Assembly: GCA_028534125.1 (NCBI GenBank) | Contig: CM052817.1 | Location: forward strand, 56,978,001 to 57,042,000 | Length of the DNA stretch: 64,000 bases | DNA from: Lama glama | Taxonomy: Eukaryota | Direction of reading: 5' to 3' | Shown: positions 26,768 through 37,595 of the stretch, piece after piece | Numbering within the stretch: the stretch's first letter is position 1 | Layout: every line of letters begins with the position of its first letter | The notes under the pieces: model-generated | Databases searched by the model: none | Told to the model about the DNA's origin: nothing | Seen by the model: the letters and a program-made list of their open reading frames with translations, nothing else | Position numbers and translations under genes: made by a program

Positions 26768-29700
26768 AAGAAATGATTCCAAAGTTTATAGGGATTGGTT
26801 TTTCTAATAAAACAACTCCAATATTGTTGGAATAGAATAGTCCGACTATTCCAGAAGGAAGGCTTTCAAATGTCTGGTGGAATATTTTAGCCCACTGTTA
26901 AAAAAAGGTTACACTGCTTATTTACACTCTGGTGATTATATCTTTAAATATAAAGCACTAATCAATTAGTATTAAAGATTTATGAAGGGACAAGTTAATA
27001 ATTTTCCACTCAATTCCTTCCTACTAATTAAAGATTTTCACCATTAATCTTTGTCCTTTAGCATTTAATCTGAAATAATGTTTGTCCTTTAGTTTTAGAA
27101 TTAATTTTAAATAACATCTTTAATTTTGATATAGAGAACTATTTTTGCAATTGCCTCTCAGATTAAATTAAGAAATCTCTAAAAGTCTGTTTAATTTTAT
27201 ATATAAAATGTCATTTGCATTAATCTGATGATTTTAAACTACACATTTGGCCCACAATATCCAATTAATTTGGCAAGAGAATTATGGAAATAATAAAATT
27301 AATTCAGAATTTCAAGGAACACTTCATTTTTAAATGCCTAATTAAGTATATCTATGTAATAAAAGAAATCATTCTGAAGAAATATAATAGTATTTTAATT
27401 TCTAAGTAATAGGTATGCTGAATGTTAATTTGTCCTATATTTGGCACCCACAAGAGACAAAAGCATTGTCTTCTCCATGCCCAAAACAAGCAGTATATTC
27501 ATATAACCTTAAAAAGAAAACAAAATCAAAGTTGTTTGGCAAAGAATACAAAGGGATCAGTTGAAAAACTAAGTGATTCATTTTTAAAAAGCCTAACTGG
27601 CATAGCATGGTAATTTTAAGTTTTTCATGCATTTCTGCCAAGTGACCAGTAAAGAGCAGTGATATTTAAGCAGACCATCATTTTAGTTACTTGTTTCTTC
27701 ATTTATTTACTTTGTGATGCTCCTTCTTTCTGATGGGTGTTGCTTCTGATTGACCTCAAGAATAGCCCCAGAATGTTCTCTTTCATGCTGGCAGTGAGGT
27801 TGGATAAAGAAGAAGAAGCTTTTGCAGGTCTCCTGCCTGCTTTTTTCCCTTTATTTCAAACATGAAAATCAATTATAGACTAATTTCTCCAGTGAATGGT
27901 CCAAGATCATCCCATTTTCCTCTTTCTCTAATCATGAGATTTTGTACTCCCCACTTCTCTATTAAAGTCAGATCAAAGTCATCTCATTTCCCTTTTCTCT
28001 AATTTTCAAGTTCAATGGTATTTAAAACCTATATCAACAATATATCCCATCCCACAAGAGTAAGACAAAATTTATGATTTTTCTAAACATTAAATATAGC
28101 TTTAAAAAATAGAAATGTAATTTCAATACTAGTGGAGTCAAAGTTACATACTGCTATATTAAGACTAGCAAATCTGCATATTAGTAAGTATTACAATAAT
28201 TCTAAAGCATATGAAAATTATTACAAGAAAAATCAATATACAAGTATAGTAAATAAATGCACCCATTAACTTACTAGATATTTGGAAACAACTTATATAA
28301 AATCATTATTTCTTGCCATCTTCTATATTCAAGGATAAAGAGCCTGTGATTCATGTTTCAGATTTTATCTTTCATCAGTACAGAAAGGCAACACTCAAAA
28401 ACCTGAAGCAGAATCAAACTATGTCATTTAGAAACATCTTCATCTCTGAGCATTATCAGGGGACTAAATTCCCTATGCCTTTCCATGTCAGAGAAGCTCT
28501 CTATATCATTGGTTAATAGTAGGCTTCAGGCTCCTGCAGTTTTCCAAGTAAATGAAAGGTCAATAATGCATGCTACCTGCTGGCTCCAGGTTGGCAGCTT
28601 TGCCTACCAATTCAGCATCACCCAGGGTACCACTGCTGCAGTTACAGTGCTATCCCAAAGGTACTTAGAGCTCGTTTCCTATTCATTCTAGCATAATCCC
28701 TTCACTTGCTGACCATTAGCAGTGTAATTAATGGGCATTTTCTGATCGATGTACCCTTGCAGATAAGTGTTATAATAAAAGGTGATTACAGTGAAGAATA
28801 ATATAGTTGAAAATCAGTACTTAGTCGTCACCAGTCATTGGCAGTGCCATAACAGAATCAGACAGTGAGACCAGACTGCATAGAAATTATATCAAATAAA
28901 GTAATTCTTTCAATTTATTGCACTTTTAATTATGCCATCTTTAATTTAAAGAACTACCTTGCCCCATACAATGTAGTCTCTAAGCTAAAGGGAATTAATC
29001 TAAGGCTAACTAATATTCACTCCCCCAGCACATTTTAAATCAATTTTACCTTAAGCAAAATGTTTTATGAGTCTTTAGTTTACCCTGGGCATTATGCATC
29101 TTCATAATTTTCTAATGAGCTTAAGTTATCCATGAGCAAAAGCCATGAATCATATTTTTGGTAGCCCTTAAAAACAATTTTTTTCCAATCTGCTGCAAAT
29201 TAAAAGAGATGTGAAAAAATGAGAATAAAATCTCATTACCACTCACAACCTCACAGCTCAATAAACCTGTTTTAATCTTATTAGAGGGTCAGTTATTTGT
29301 CATTTTTAGTAACCTTCATCATCACAGCCAACACTATGCCATCCAATCTTTCTTTAAAATACCATGGCACAGAGGTCACACAAAGAGTTCGGGCTCTGAA
29401 AATTATCCCTGAGAGTGAGTGTAAGGAATTTGAGCTCTTTCCAGAGGCTTCAATCTAAATATTGACACGCATTGAGCTGCATACTATTACACAGAAGGGT
29501 CAGGAACAAAGGTCAAATGAATAAAAAAAAAAAGAGAGAGAGAGAAGATTTCGCTACTCACTAGGGTTTTCTAATGACCAGAATCAAGAGGGAACATGGT
29601 GACTATCATGGGTAAACCACAAGAACACATAACTAAATGGAGCTAAATTTTGCTTAGTGGATAAAAAGAAAAAGAAAAAATCTTAAGCAGCTACAGGCTT

Positions 29701-30583
29701 TATGTATAATCAATTTTTTACATGCAAATTAAACTCATTCTGGATCCTCCTGGGTTGAATTTTAATAATAGATCAATTTATATGATTGTCCAGCAAATTC
29801 TAAAGCTAGTCTCTGTCCTGGGTATGTTCATGGAAAAATAGATAATTTTAAGAGAATCCAAACAAACTAGATGAAAGAAATACTGTATGCTATCAAAAAA
29901 CAAAGATAGCAAACAACTATTCCAGTAATTCAAGCAAAATACAGTGATTTTTCAAAAGTCTGTGGTTGATTTAGCCACAACTGTTCCTTTTCCATTTTGC
30001 AAATAATAGGGATGATCATAAATAGAGGAGAGCCTTTTGCTTTAAAATCTAGTCGATTTTTCTTGATTTCTGCTTATAAGATAGTTTTTGTGCTGCTGGC
30101 AGGGATTAAAAGGAGAAATTTAAATGAAGAAATTTCTTTGTTCTAGAAGGAATGTCAAGGAGTGCTCTTTGATTTGTAATTGTGTAGACAGAATGCCCCA
30201 CAAAATTGCTGTACAAGCACTACTTACTCCTACTGTTCTTCGGTTTCGCCCCTTTGTCAGCACATGGGATATAACCTGCTTTATCGCTCATCTAATATTC
30301 ACAGGTTCTAAATAAGAGGGAGGAGGTTAATAATAAAATCAAAAGCACTGAACACTTACAATTTTACTTACAGTACATTAGGTGTAATTATCAACTCTCC
30401 AGCAGCTTGCTACTCTGATTTCATTCATTTTGGAAATGTTGATCATAGCTTGAATTTTATCCTTAATTATTTCAAACAACTAGTAGTAAAACTTTTCATC
30501 CTGCTGCAGCTTACCTAGGAGGACATTCTGATGTCAATAAAGTTTACCATAGATCCATCCTCATTGATTTTCCTGAGACTTTA

Positions 30584-30931
30584 CATATTAGTCTATGCAG
30601 GTTGTCATAACAAAGTACAACAGACAGGGTGGCTTAAACAACAGAAATTTATTTTTTCACAGTTCTGGAGGCTGATCTAGAGATCAGAGTGCCAGCATTA
30701 CTAGTTTCTGGTGAGATCTCTCTTCCTGGTTTGCAGATGGCCACCTCCTTGCTCTATCCTCACATGGCCAAGAGAGAGAGCTCAAGCTCTGGTGTGATCA
30801 GATCAGATCCCTAACCTATGATTTCATTTAAACTTTATCACCTCTTCGTAAGCCCTATCTTCAAATACAGTCACATTGAGGGTATGACTTCAAGATGGAG
30901 ATTGTGGGGAGAGACAATTCAGTCCATAGCA
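30584..30931 (-). mobile_element. MLT1A/B-type MaLR solo LTR
   Basis: ggtggcttaaacaacagaaatttatt...cacagttctggaggctg...acaattcagtccatagca. 5-bp TSD cttta on both sides. Confidence 0.88.
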
Positions 30932-32399
30932 CTTTACATAACAGAAACGTCAAAACTCTGCTTTATCGCTCATCTAATATTCACAAAACTCTTTTCTTAT
31001 GCCATTTAAGACTGTCTTTATAGGACACCAAAACAACCAGCAGAAGCAAAGATGGAAAGAGTTAAAATGAATGTTTTGAATAATATATGCAGTGGACATA
31101 TGATTCAAGCTGTAATTTCATTTTCCTCTACTAATACTTGTTTCCATTTCTATTTGGTGGCACAAGGGCAAATATAGTCACTCAGGGATTTCTCCTCCCC
31201 TCCATTTCTGCAGAGCAGCATAAACATTCTGCCAAAAATAGTCAGGATCAAAACAGCAGAGAATCTGGGTGGGGGCATCTGATTCTTTGTTAGCATTATC
31301 CACACAAGCTTCTCATCCTCTGAGGTACTCAGTCTACTTCTCTTGGACCCAAACTTGAAGTGCAAATGCAGGAAAAGAGGAAATATGGGAGAAAACATAA
31401 ATTAATATCTAAAATATTATCTTAACATGTGAAGCATGGGTGATGTTTGACCCTTTTTATCCACCAAATGTCAGAGTTGGAAAGGCTCATGGTGCTTTCC
31501 TACCTCATTGTCATAAAGTTGCAGATAAAGACATTGGGTCCCAGACAGGTGACATAACTAAAGCCTGTTCCCATGAAAACTCACTGATGGGCCACAGACT
31601 AGAAGGCAGGCATCTTCATGACACTTGTTGCCTCTTTGGAACGTAACTGCATTCAACCAACCTCACATAAGTGCCTACTAAGTGCGAAAACTATGATAAG
31701 CTTATCAAGCACCCTGAGAAGCGTAATGGAAAAAAAAAAAAGGCATCTAACGTCTGAAACAGCCCCTCAGAATCAATGAAAGAAAGCCTCTTGATGTTAC
31801 TGTTGGCTTGCTGCTGCTCTATTTTCAGAGATTTCTGCAAGGAGGAAACCAGAAAGAGGTAGTCCAAGAATACCCTAAAAGCTTGTTTGAAACATTTTGA
31901 TAAATAAGAAAATATATTTTTTTCTCTTTTCTGTTTCAAGTCACTTAGAGTTAAAAAAAAAAAACGCTTCTGGACACTGTGATGAAATCTTGTTACATAC
32001 TCTATTCTGTCATTTTTGCTAAGATTAGGCAAGCCTAAGAATCAAGGACACTTTGAGATAAATGAAAGGAGAGTGATCTCTTATGTCACTTTAATGGGAA
32101 ATTCCTGTCAAACACTCCATCTTGAAGAAGAGGGTTTCCTTTTTCTGATCTTTTTTAATTAAAGAAAATAATTCAAAACATAAACATAGACTGTAGACTA
32201 AGTGCTTTATAATAAAAACCTTATTACTCCTCCCAGATAATTCCTTTTTACAAAAACAGGGTTATATGTCTCTAGTATAGTGGGAAATGTATTTTTTCTC
32301 TCAGTCCTAGTAGATGATAGCTAGTAACTTCCAAGTACCTGATTTCATAAAAAGTAAAATCATTCTGACAAAAGAAAAAAATTTTTCATTATGGTGATT

Positions 32400-33200
32400 T
32401 TCAAAAATAAAGACATAAAGTGAATATAAAAATAAATCCCATCAACTAACAGCTAATTTTTTTTTCTAAACCCTCATCTACTACCCCTCCACATAATTAT
32501 TTTGGAGCAAATAACACATTATTTATCATATTCAATTTCAGTATGTATCGCTAAAGATAAGAACTCTTTTTTGAAATATAAATCAAATAAATACCATTAT
32601 TACATTTAAAACAGTAACAATTATTCTAAAATTTTATCAAATATTTTCAAATCTGTCATATCAGTTTTGCTTTTTGTAGTTTTTATTCTTGCTACTGTTA
32701 TTGTTCAATTAACAATTCAAGTAAGACCCATTCATTTCACTTGTTTACATGCCTCTGAAGTTTCTAGTTTATAGGTTCTTCCTCCACCACTTTTACTTTT
32801 ATAATTTATTGATTGAGAAATCTCAATCATTTGTCCTGTAGTTTTTCACACTCTGGATTTTGCCTGTAGCTTCCTTTAACATCTTCCTTGGTCCCTGGAT
32901 TTCCTGTAAATTAGCAGTTAGATCTAGAGGCTTCATCAGATTTATAGATTTTTTTTTTTAGGATAATACTTCATAGGTGTTGTTGCTTCAATCAAGAAGC
33001 ACATGTTTGTTTGTTTATTTTTGATATTAGCAGACATCAATGAATATTGTTTACATCCATCATATCACTAGGGGGTTATAAAATGATGATATTTTAATTT
33101 TATGCTATCCTTTTTCATATATTAGCTGAAAGTTTTCTACAAAAAGAAGCTTTCCCTCACCAATTATTTGGTTGTCTTCAGGCACAATGAAAGGAAATCT
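32400..33200 (-). mobile_element. Ancient L1 (L1MC/ME-like) 3' region
   Basis: ttcagtatgtatcgctaaagataagaactc...cattctggattttgc-like and gttagatctagaggctt motifs. Confidence 0.6.
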
Positions 33201-33528
33201 TTGATTTTCCTGTTGTTCATTCCACGTGGCTTGTTTCTTGTAAGATGTTCTCTGCATGAGTCTGCTTTAGTGATGCACTTGCCTCCCGATACTACCTGAT
33301 GTGCTGCTTATTCCCTAAACCCCCTCTGCTCTACACTGTTTCTTATTACTCCCCACTCCACACCCTGTTAAGTCAGTTAAGCTCATGAACGTACCATTCA
33401 AGGGGTGCAGTGCAGCAAAGTTCTACAGTTTTGTAGTCTGGACTATTTCTAATTTTCAACCTAGAGACTCCAACTTTCTGAAATACAGTTTTTTCATCTA
33501 TAACAAAGGAATAATAACAGTACTTGCC

Positions 33529-34401
33529 TGTGCCAGTTATCATTTTATTGCTCCAAATCCACCTTTCTTTGCCATGCTTTGTGGCACTAGAATTGGACCA
33601 TAGAAACATTTCTCCTCTGCCAAACTGATATGTTAGGCTTCTCAGCTGAGGTCACTACAGGGACATTGCAAGAGTAAGGAGCTTGCATTCCTGATTCCAG
33701 TCTGGGCTTCTTCTCCCTCCTGTTACAATTGCCAGTAGTGTTTGTGAAGTGCCACTAGCACTCACTCTCCAACAGGCGGTACTCCAGAAGCAACTTCCTA
33801 CAAATCAGCTGTGGCCTACTAAAACCCTAGCAAACATCTACAGACATTTCCTATAGAAAAATTCCAGCCTATTCACCCATTTTTAGCACTCAGCAGGCTT
33901 CTCCTACAGACTAACTCTGGCTCACACCCTCTGCCAAGTTTGTTGGCATCCAGCAGCCAGCATCTTCCTATGGGAGACATGCCTACAGTCAAGTGCACCT
34001 TCAAGTACGTGGACCTGTGTAGTCACATAGGGGCTTATCTTCGGAAGGGCTCTGCGCTTGGCTTAAAGTGCTGATGCTGACATCTTGAAATTCTCAATAA
34101 TTTTTTAACAAGGAGCCGTGCATCTTCATTCTGCATGGGATCCCACAAATTGTGTAATCAGTCTTGCTCTGAGTACTGAATCTTATCCTCCATGGGAGGC
34201 CCTTCCAGGTTCTCAGTTTCTTCCTGTTCACGCTCCCTCAGCCCTAGAGATGATAGCTACTTTCTGTATTTCCTTTCCCTACATTTGTTAGATGCCTCTT
34301 TTACTCCCTTTAGTAGGTAATCGCCTTTTACTAGTTTAATAATTCTTTATATTAAATTGCTGGTGTGGTTACTATCTTCTGATTGGACCCTGATTGAGAC
34401 A
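33529..34401 (+). mobile_element. ERVL solo LTR (LTR41/LTR33-like)
   Basis: TG...CA ends: tgtgccagttat...ctccaaatccacc...aaacatttctcct and ...tatattaaat...ctgattggaccctgattgagaca. Degenerate 5-bp TSD ttgcc/ctgct. Confidence 0.75.
33990..34166 (+). mobile_element. MER45A hAT-Tip100 MITE nested in the LTR
   Basis: gacctgtgtagtcacataggg...gaagggc...gcgcttgg...tcttgaaattctcaataatttt...cacaaattgtgta. Confidence 0.8.
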
Positions 34402-34770
34402 CTGCTTCAGAGAGTTTCTATAAAACTTAATTGATACACTTCATGTAGTAATGCAAGTAATACTAATGCCTAGCACTTAATAAGTGTTAATTAATCCAGG
34501 AATTATTCATTATGATTATTTCTCTACATTGCCACAAGTGAAAGCTCCTACTTGGTTCTCCTATAAGGTATATCACTATAAGAAAAATCAGGAAAAAATA
34601 TGGATTGCTCTCAATCTACCTCTCCCCAGGAATGAAGTCAAAAATGTCACCTTTGAACAGGAAGGTCAGCAGAATGCTATACTGAAAAGAGAATTCTATT
34701 TGGAGCCACAAGATCCAGGTTTGAAAACAGGTAAAAATGCCTATGGAACCTTAATCAAAACCACTGTACA

Positions 34771-36053
34771 GGAGACGGAGAAGATAGAGGAGTAGAAGGA
34801 CGCTCGTAAGTCACCCTCTCCCACAAATACACCAAGACCCACATCTACAGACCCACTCAGCCAACCAGAGCACCTGCGGAACTCCGACAGAACATTGTCC
34901 ACTTCAAAAGATAAAGACGCCAAAAATCTGGTAGGAGAAAAGGAAAAAAGAAAGAACAAAAGGCAAAGCAGCACGGGACGGGTCCCGTGGGGAGGGAGCG
35001 GCAAAGGAGGACTGGCGCTCGCTCGCTGGGTCTCCTCTCTCCAACTGAGGCCAGCGTGACGGAGGGGGAGCCTCCGAGGCTCGGATCTGTACAGAGCAGC
35101 CCTTTTCTGACAGAACTAAGTTAAACGGGCACAGAGCGTCCCCCCGACANNNNNNNNNNNNNNNNNNNNNNNNNNNNNNNNNNNNNNNNNNNNNNNNNNN
35201 NNNNNNNNNNNNNNNNNNNNNNNNNNNNNNNNNNNNNNNNNNNNNNNNNNNNNNNNNNNNNNNNNNNNNNNNNNNNNNNNNNNNNNNNNNNNNNNNNNNN
35301 NNNNNNNNNNNNNNNNNNNNNNNNNNNNNNNNNNNNNNNNNNNNNNNNNNNNNNNNNNNNNNNNNNNNNNNNNNNNNNNNNNNNNNNNNNNNNNNNNNNN
35401 NNNNNNNNNNNNNNNNNNNNNNNNNNNNNNNNNNNNNNNNNNNNNNNNNNNNNNNNNNNNNNNNNNNNNNNNNNNNNNNNNNNNNNNNNNNNNNNNNNNN
35501 NNNNNNNNNNNNNNNNNNNNNNNNNNNNNNNNNNNNNNNNNNNNNNNNNNNNNNNNNNNNNNNNNNNNNNNNNNNNNNNNNNNNNNNNNNNNNNNNNNNN
35601 NNNNNNNNNNNNNNNNNNNNNNNNNNNNNNNNNNNNNNNNNNNNNNNNNAAAATACCATATGAGATCGCTCATATGTGGAATCTAAAAAACAAAAACAAA
35701 AACAAACAAACAAACAAAAACAAAGCATAAATACAGGACAGAAATAGACTCATAGACAGAGAATACAGATTTGTGGTTACCAGGGGGTTAGAGGGTGGGA
35801 AGGGATAGACTGGGATTTCAAAATTGTAGAATAGATAAACAAGATTACACTGTATAGCACAGGGAAATATACACAAAATGTTATGATAACTCACAGAGAA
35901 AAAAAATGTGACAATGAGTGTGTATATGTCCATGAATGATTGAAAAATTGTGCTGAACACTGGAATTTGACACAACATTTTAAAATGATTATAAATCAAT
36001 TAAAAATGTTAAAAAAAAAAGAAATACATTTGTTAAATACAAAAAAAAAAAAA
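34771..36053 (+). mobile_element. Young, apparently full-length camelid L1 with its body lost in an assembly gap
   Basis: CpG-rich 5'UTR at 34771-35149, 500 N, then L1 3'UTR and poly(A). TSD core cactgtac (34762-34769 / 36057-36064). It interrupts a MIR-like element. Confidence 0.85.
35150..35649. other. Assembly gap (exactly 500 N)
   Basis: Run of n. Confidence 1.
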
Positions 36054-36399
36054 CAACACTGTACCCATCTCATTCCTGCTTTTTTCCTCTACAAAGTGGT
36101 AATAAACATACCTATCTCAGGGTTTTCTAAGGCTTAAAAGACAAAACATATGAAAAGACACTATAAATTATGAGTGGTTTTACAAACACTATTTATTATC
36201 AAAGATATCTGTTGCTACTTTTATGATTATAGAGTTGTCGATATCTTACACAATGCAAGCAACTATTTATTATTGTTCCATAACTATCATTCAACAGTCT
36301 TTTACATAACAAGTCTTTATAAATTATTTCATCAACCATCACAGCCCCACCATACAAAATGTATTATTTTCTTTGGCATCACCTATGACTGCGATTACT

Positions 36400-37050
36400 C
36401 TCATAGCCCACAATCAATTTAACAATGAATCATCTAGATTTTACTTCCAAACTATGGTCAGACTCTGACCACTTCTCAGCATGTCCACTCCACCAACGTG
36501 GCCTAAGAGACCATCTCATCTGCTCTGGATTCCTGTAACTGCTTCCTAACGGGCTTTCTAGCCTCTGCCATTCCTCTACCTGCCTCTAACATACACCTCA
36601 CCCAGTCTATACTTAAAAACAATAGCCACATGATCCTTTAAAAATATAAGCCAGGTCATCTCACTTCTCTACCCATAACCCCGCAGTGGTCTCCCCTCTG
36701 ACTTAAGAGTAAAGCCAAAATCCTTACAATGGCTTCAAGTCCCTTTGTAATCTACCTGCCTCACATTATCTTTCTGACCTTATCTCCTATTCTCTGTCTG
36801 TTCCCCACACTCTAGTTATGCTGATCTCTTTCCTGTTACTAGAACATGCCAGGAAGAACCCTGCCTCAGGGCCTTTTCTTCTCCCAGATGGTCTTATGGT
36901 TAGTTCTCTTGCCTTCTTCGGGTCTCCGCTCGAAGGTCGCTTTCTGAATCAGTCTGCCTGACTTCAGTTGTAGTTTTCAGCACCCCCACTGAAAAACTTC
37001 TCCTCCCTCTTTCTGTATCTTCTTCTATATTACTTGTCACTATCTGACAG
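36400..37050 (+). mobile_element. L2 3' fragment
   Basis: accatctcatctgctctggattcctgtaactgcttcctaac...aaagccaaaatccttacaatggc...cctgcctcagggccttt. Confidence 0.8.
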
Positions 37051-37084
37051 ATATGTCAGATATGATACATTTATAATATACTTA

Positions 37085-37595
37085 TGAATTAGGATTCCTT
37101 ATTTTGCAAGTAATAAAAACAGAGTTCAACTTGGATTAAACAAAAGGGAACCTGTTAACCCAGGTAACTAGAAATTCCAGAGGTAGGGCAAGCTTTGGAA
37201 GGATATGGTCAAACTCAGTCTCTATTTCCTGTCATTCACTTTGCTCTTTCAACCTCTGTATACTAGCTTTATCTGCAGACTGTCATCTCTCATGGCAATA
37301 AAAAGGTCACTAGGATTCCCAGATTTTTCACCTACATGCCACACCATTCAGAGCAAGGGACCGTATGTCTCTTGTATAAATGACTTGTCCTTCATTCTGA
37401 CTGGACCAATCACAGAGGACAGTGCCATGCTATGCACTGACTGGCTTAGGCCTAGGTCTTTGCTCATCACTGAACCAATCTCTGTGGCACGGGCTAATTG
37501 CCTTATGTCCAATAGGGACCATGCATAGAGCTGGGGTGATATCAAGCCTACTCCTAGGGAGTGGAATAAATGCTGGAATAAATGTCCACTACAGC
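37085..37595 (-). mobile_element. MLT1K/J-like MaLR LTR
   Basis: ttaggattc...ttgcaagtaataaaaac...caacttggattaaacaaaaggg; ctgactggcttaggcc...ctgaaccaatctctgtggc. Confidence 0.7.

Larger units (their letters stand above)
33400..34505 (+). mobile_element. MIR split by LTR insertion (parts 33400-33528 and 34402-34505)
   Basis: cagttttttcatctataacaaaggaataataacagtac stops at the LTR and resumes ...cagagagttt...tgcctagcacttaataagtgtta. Confidence 0.7.

Noticed and set aside
34904-35728. 274-aa and 185-aa minus-strand ORFs (also those at 10971-11238)
   Set aside because: Artefacts of reading through N gaps.
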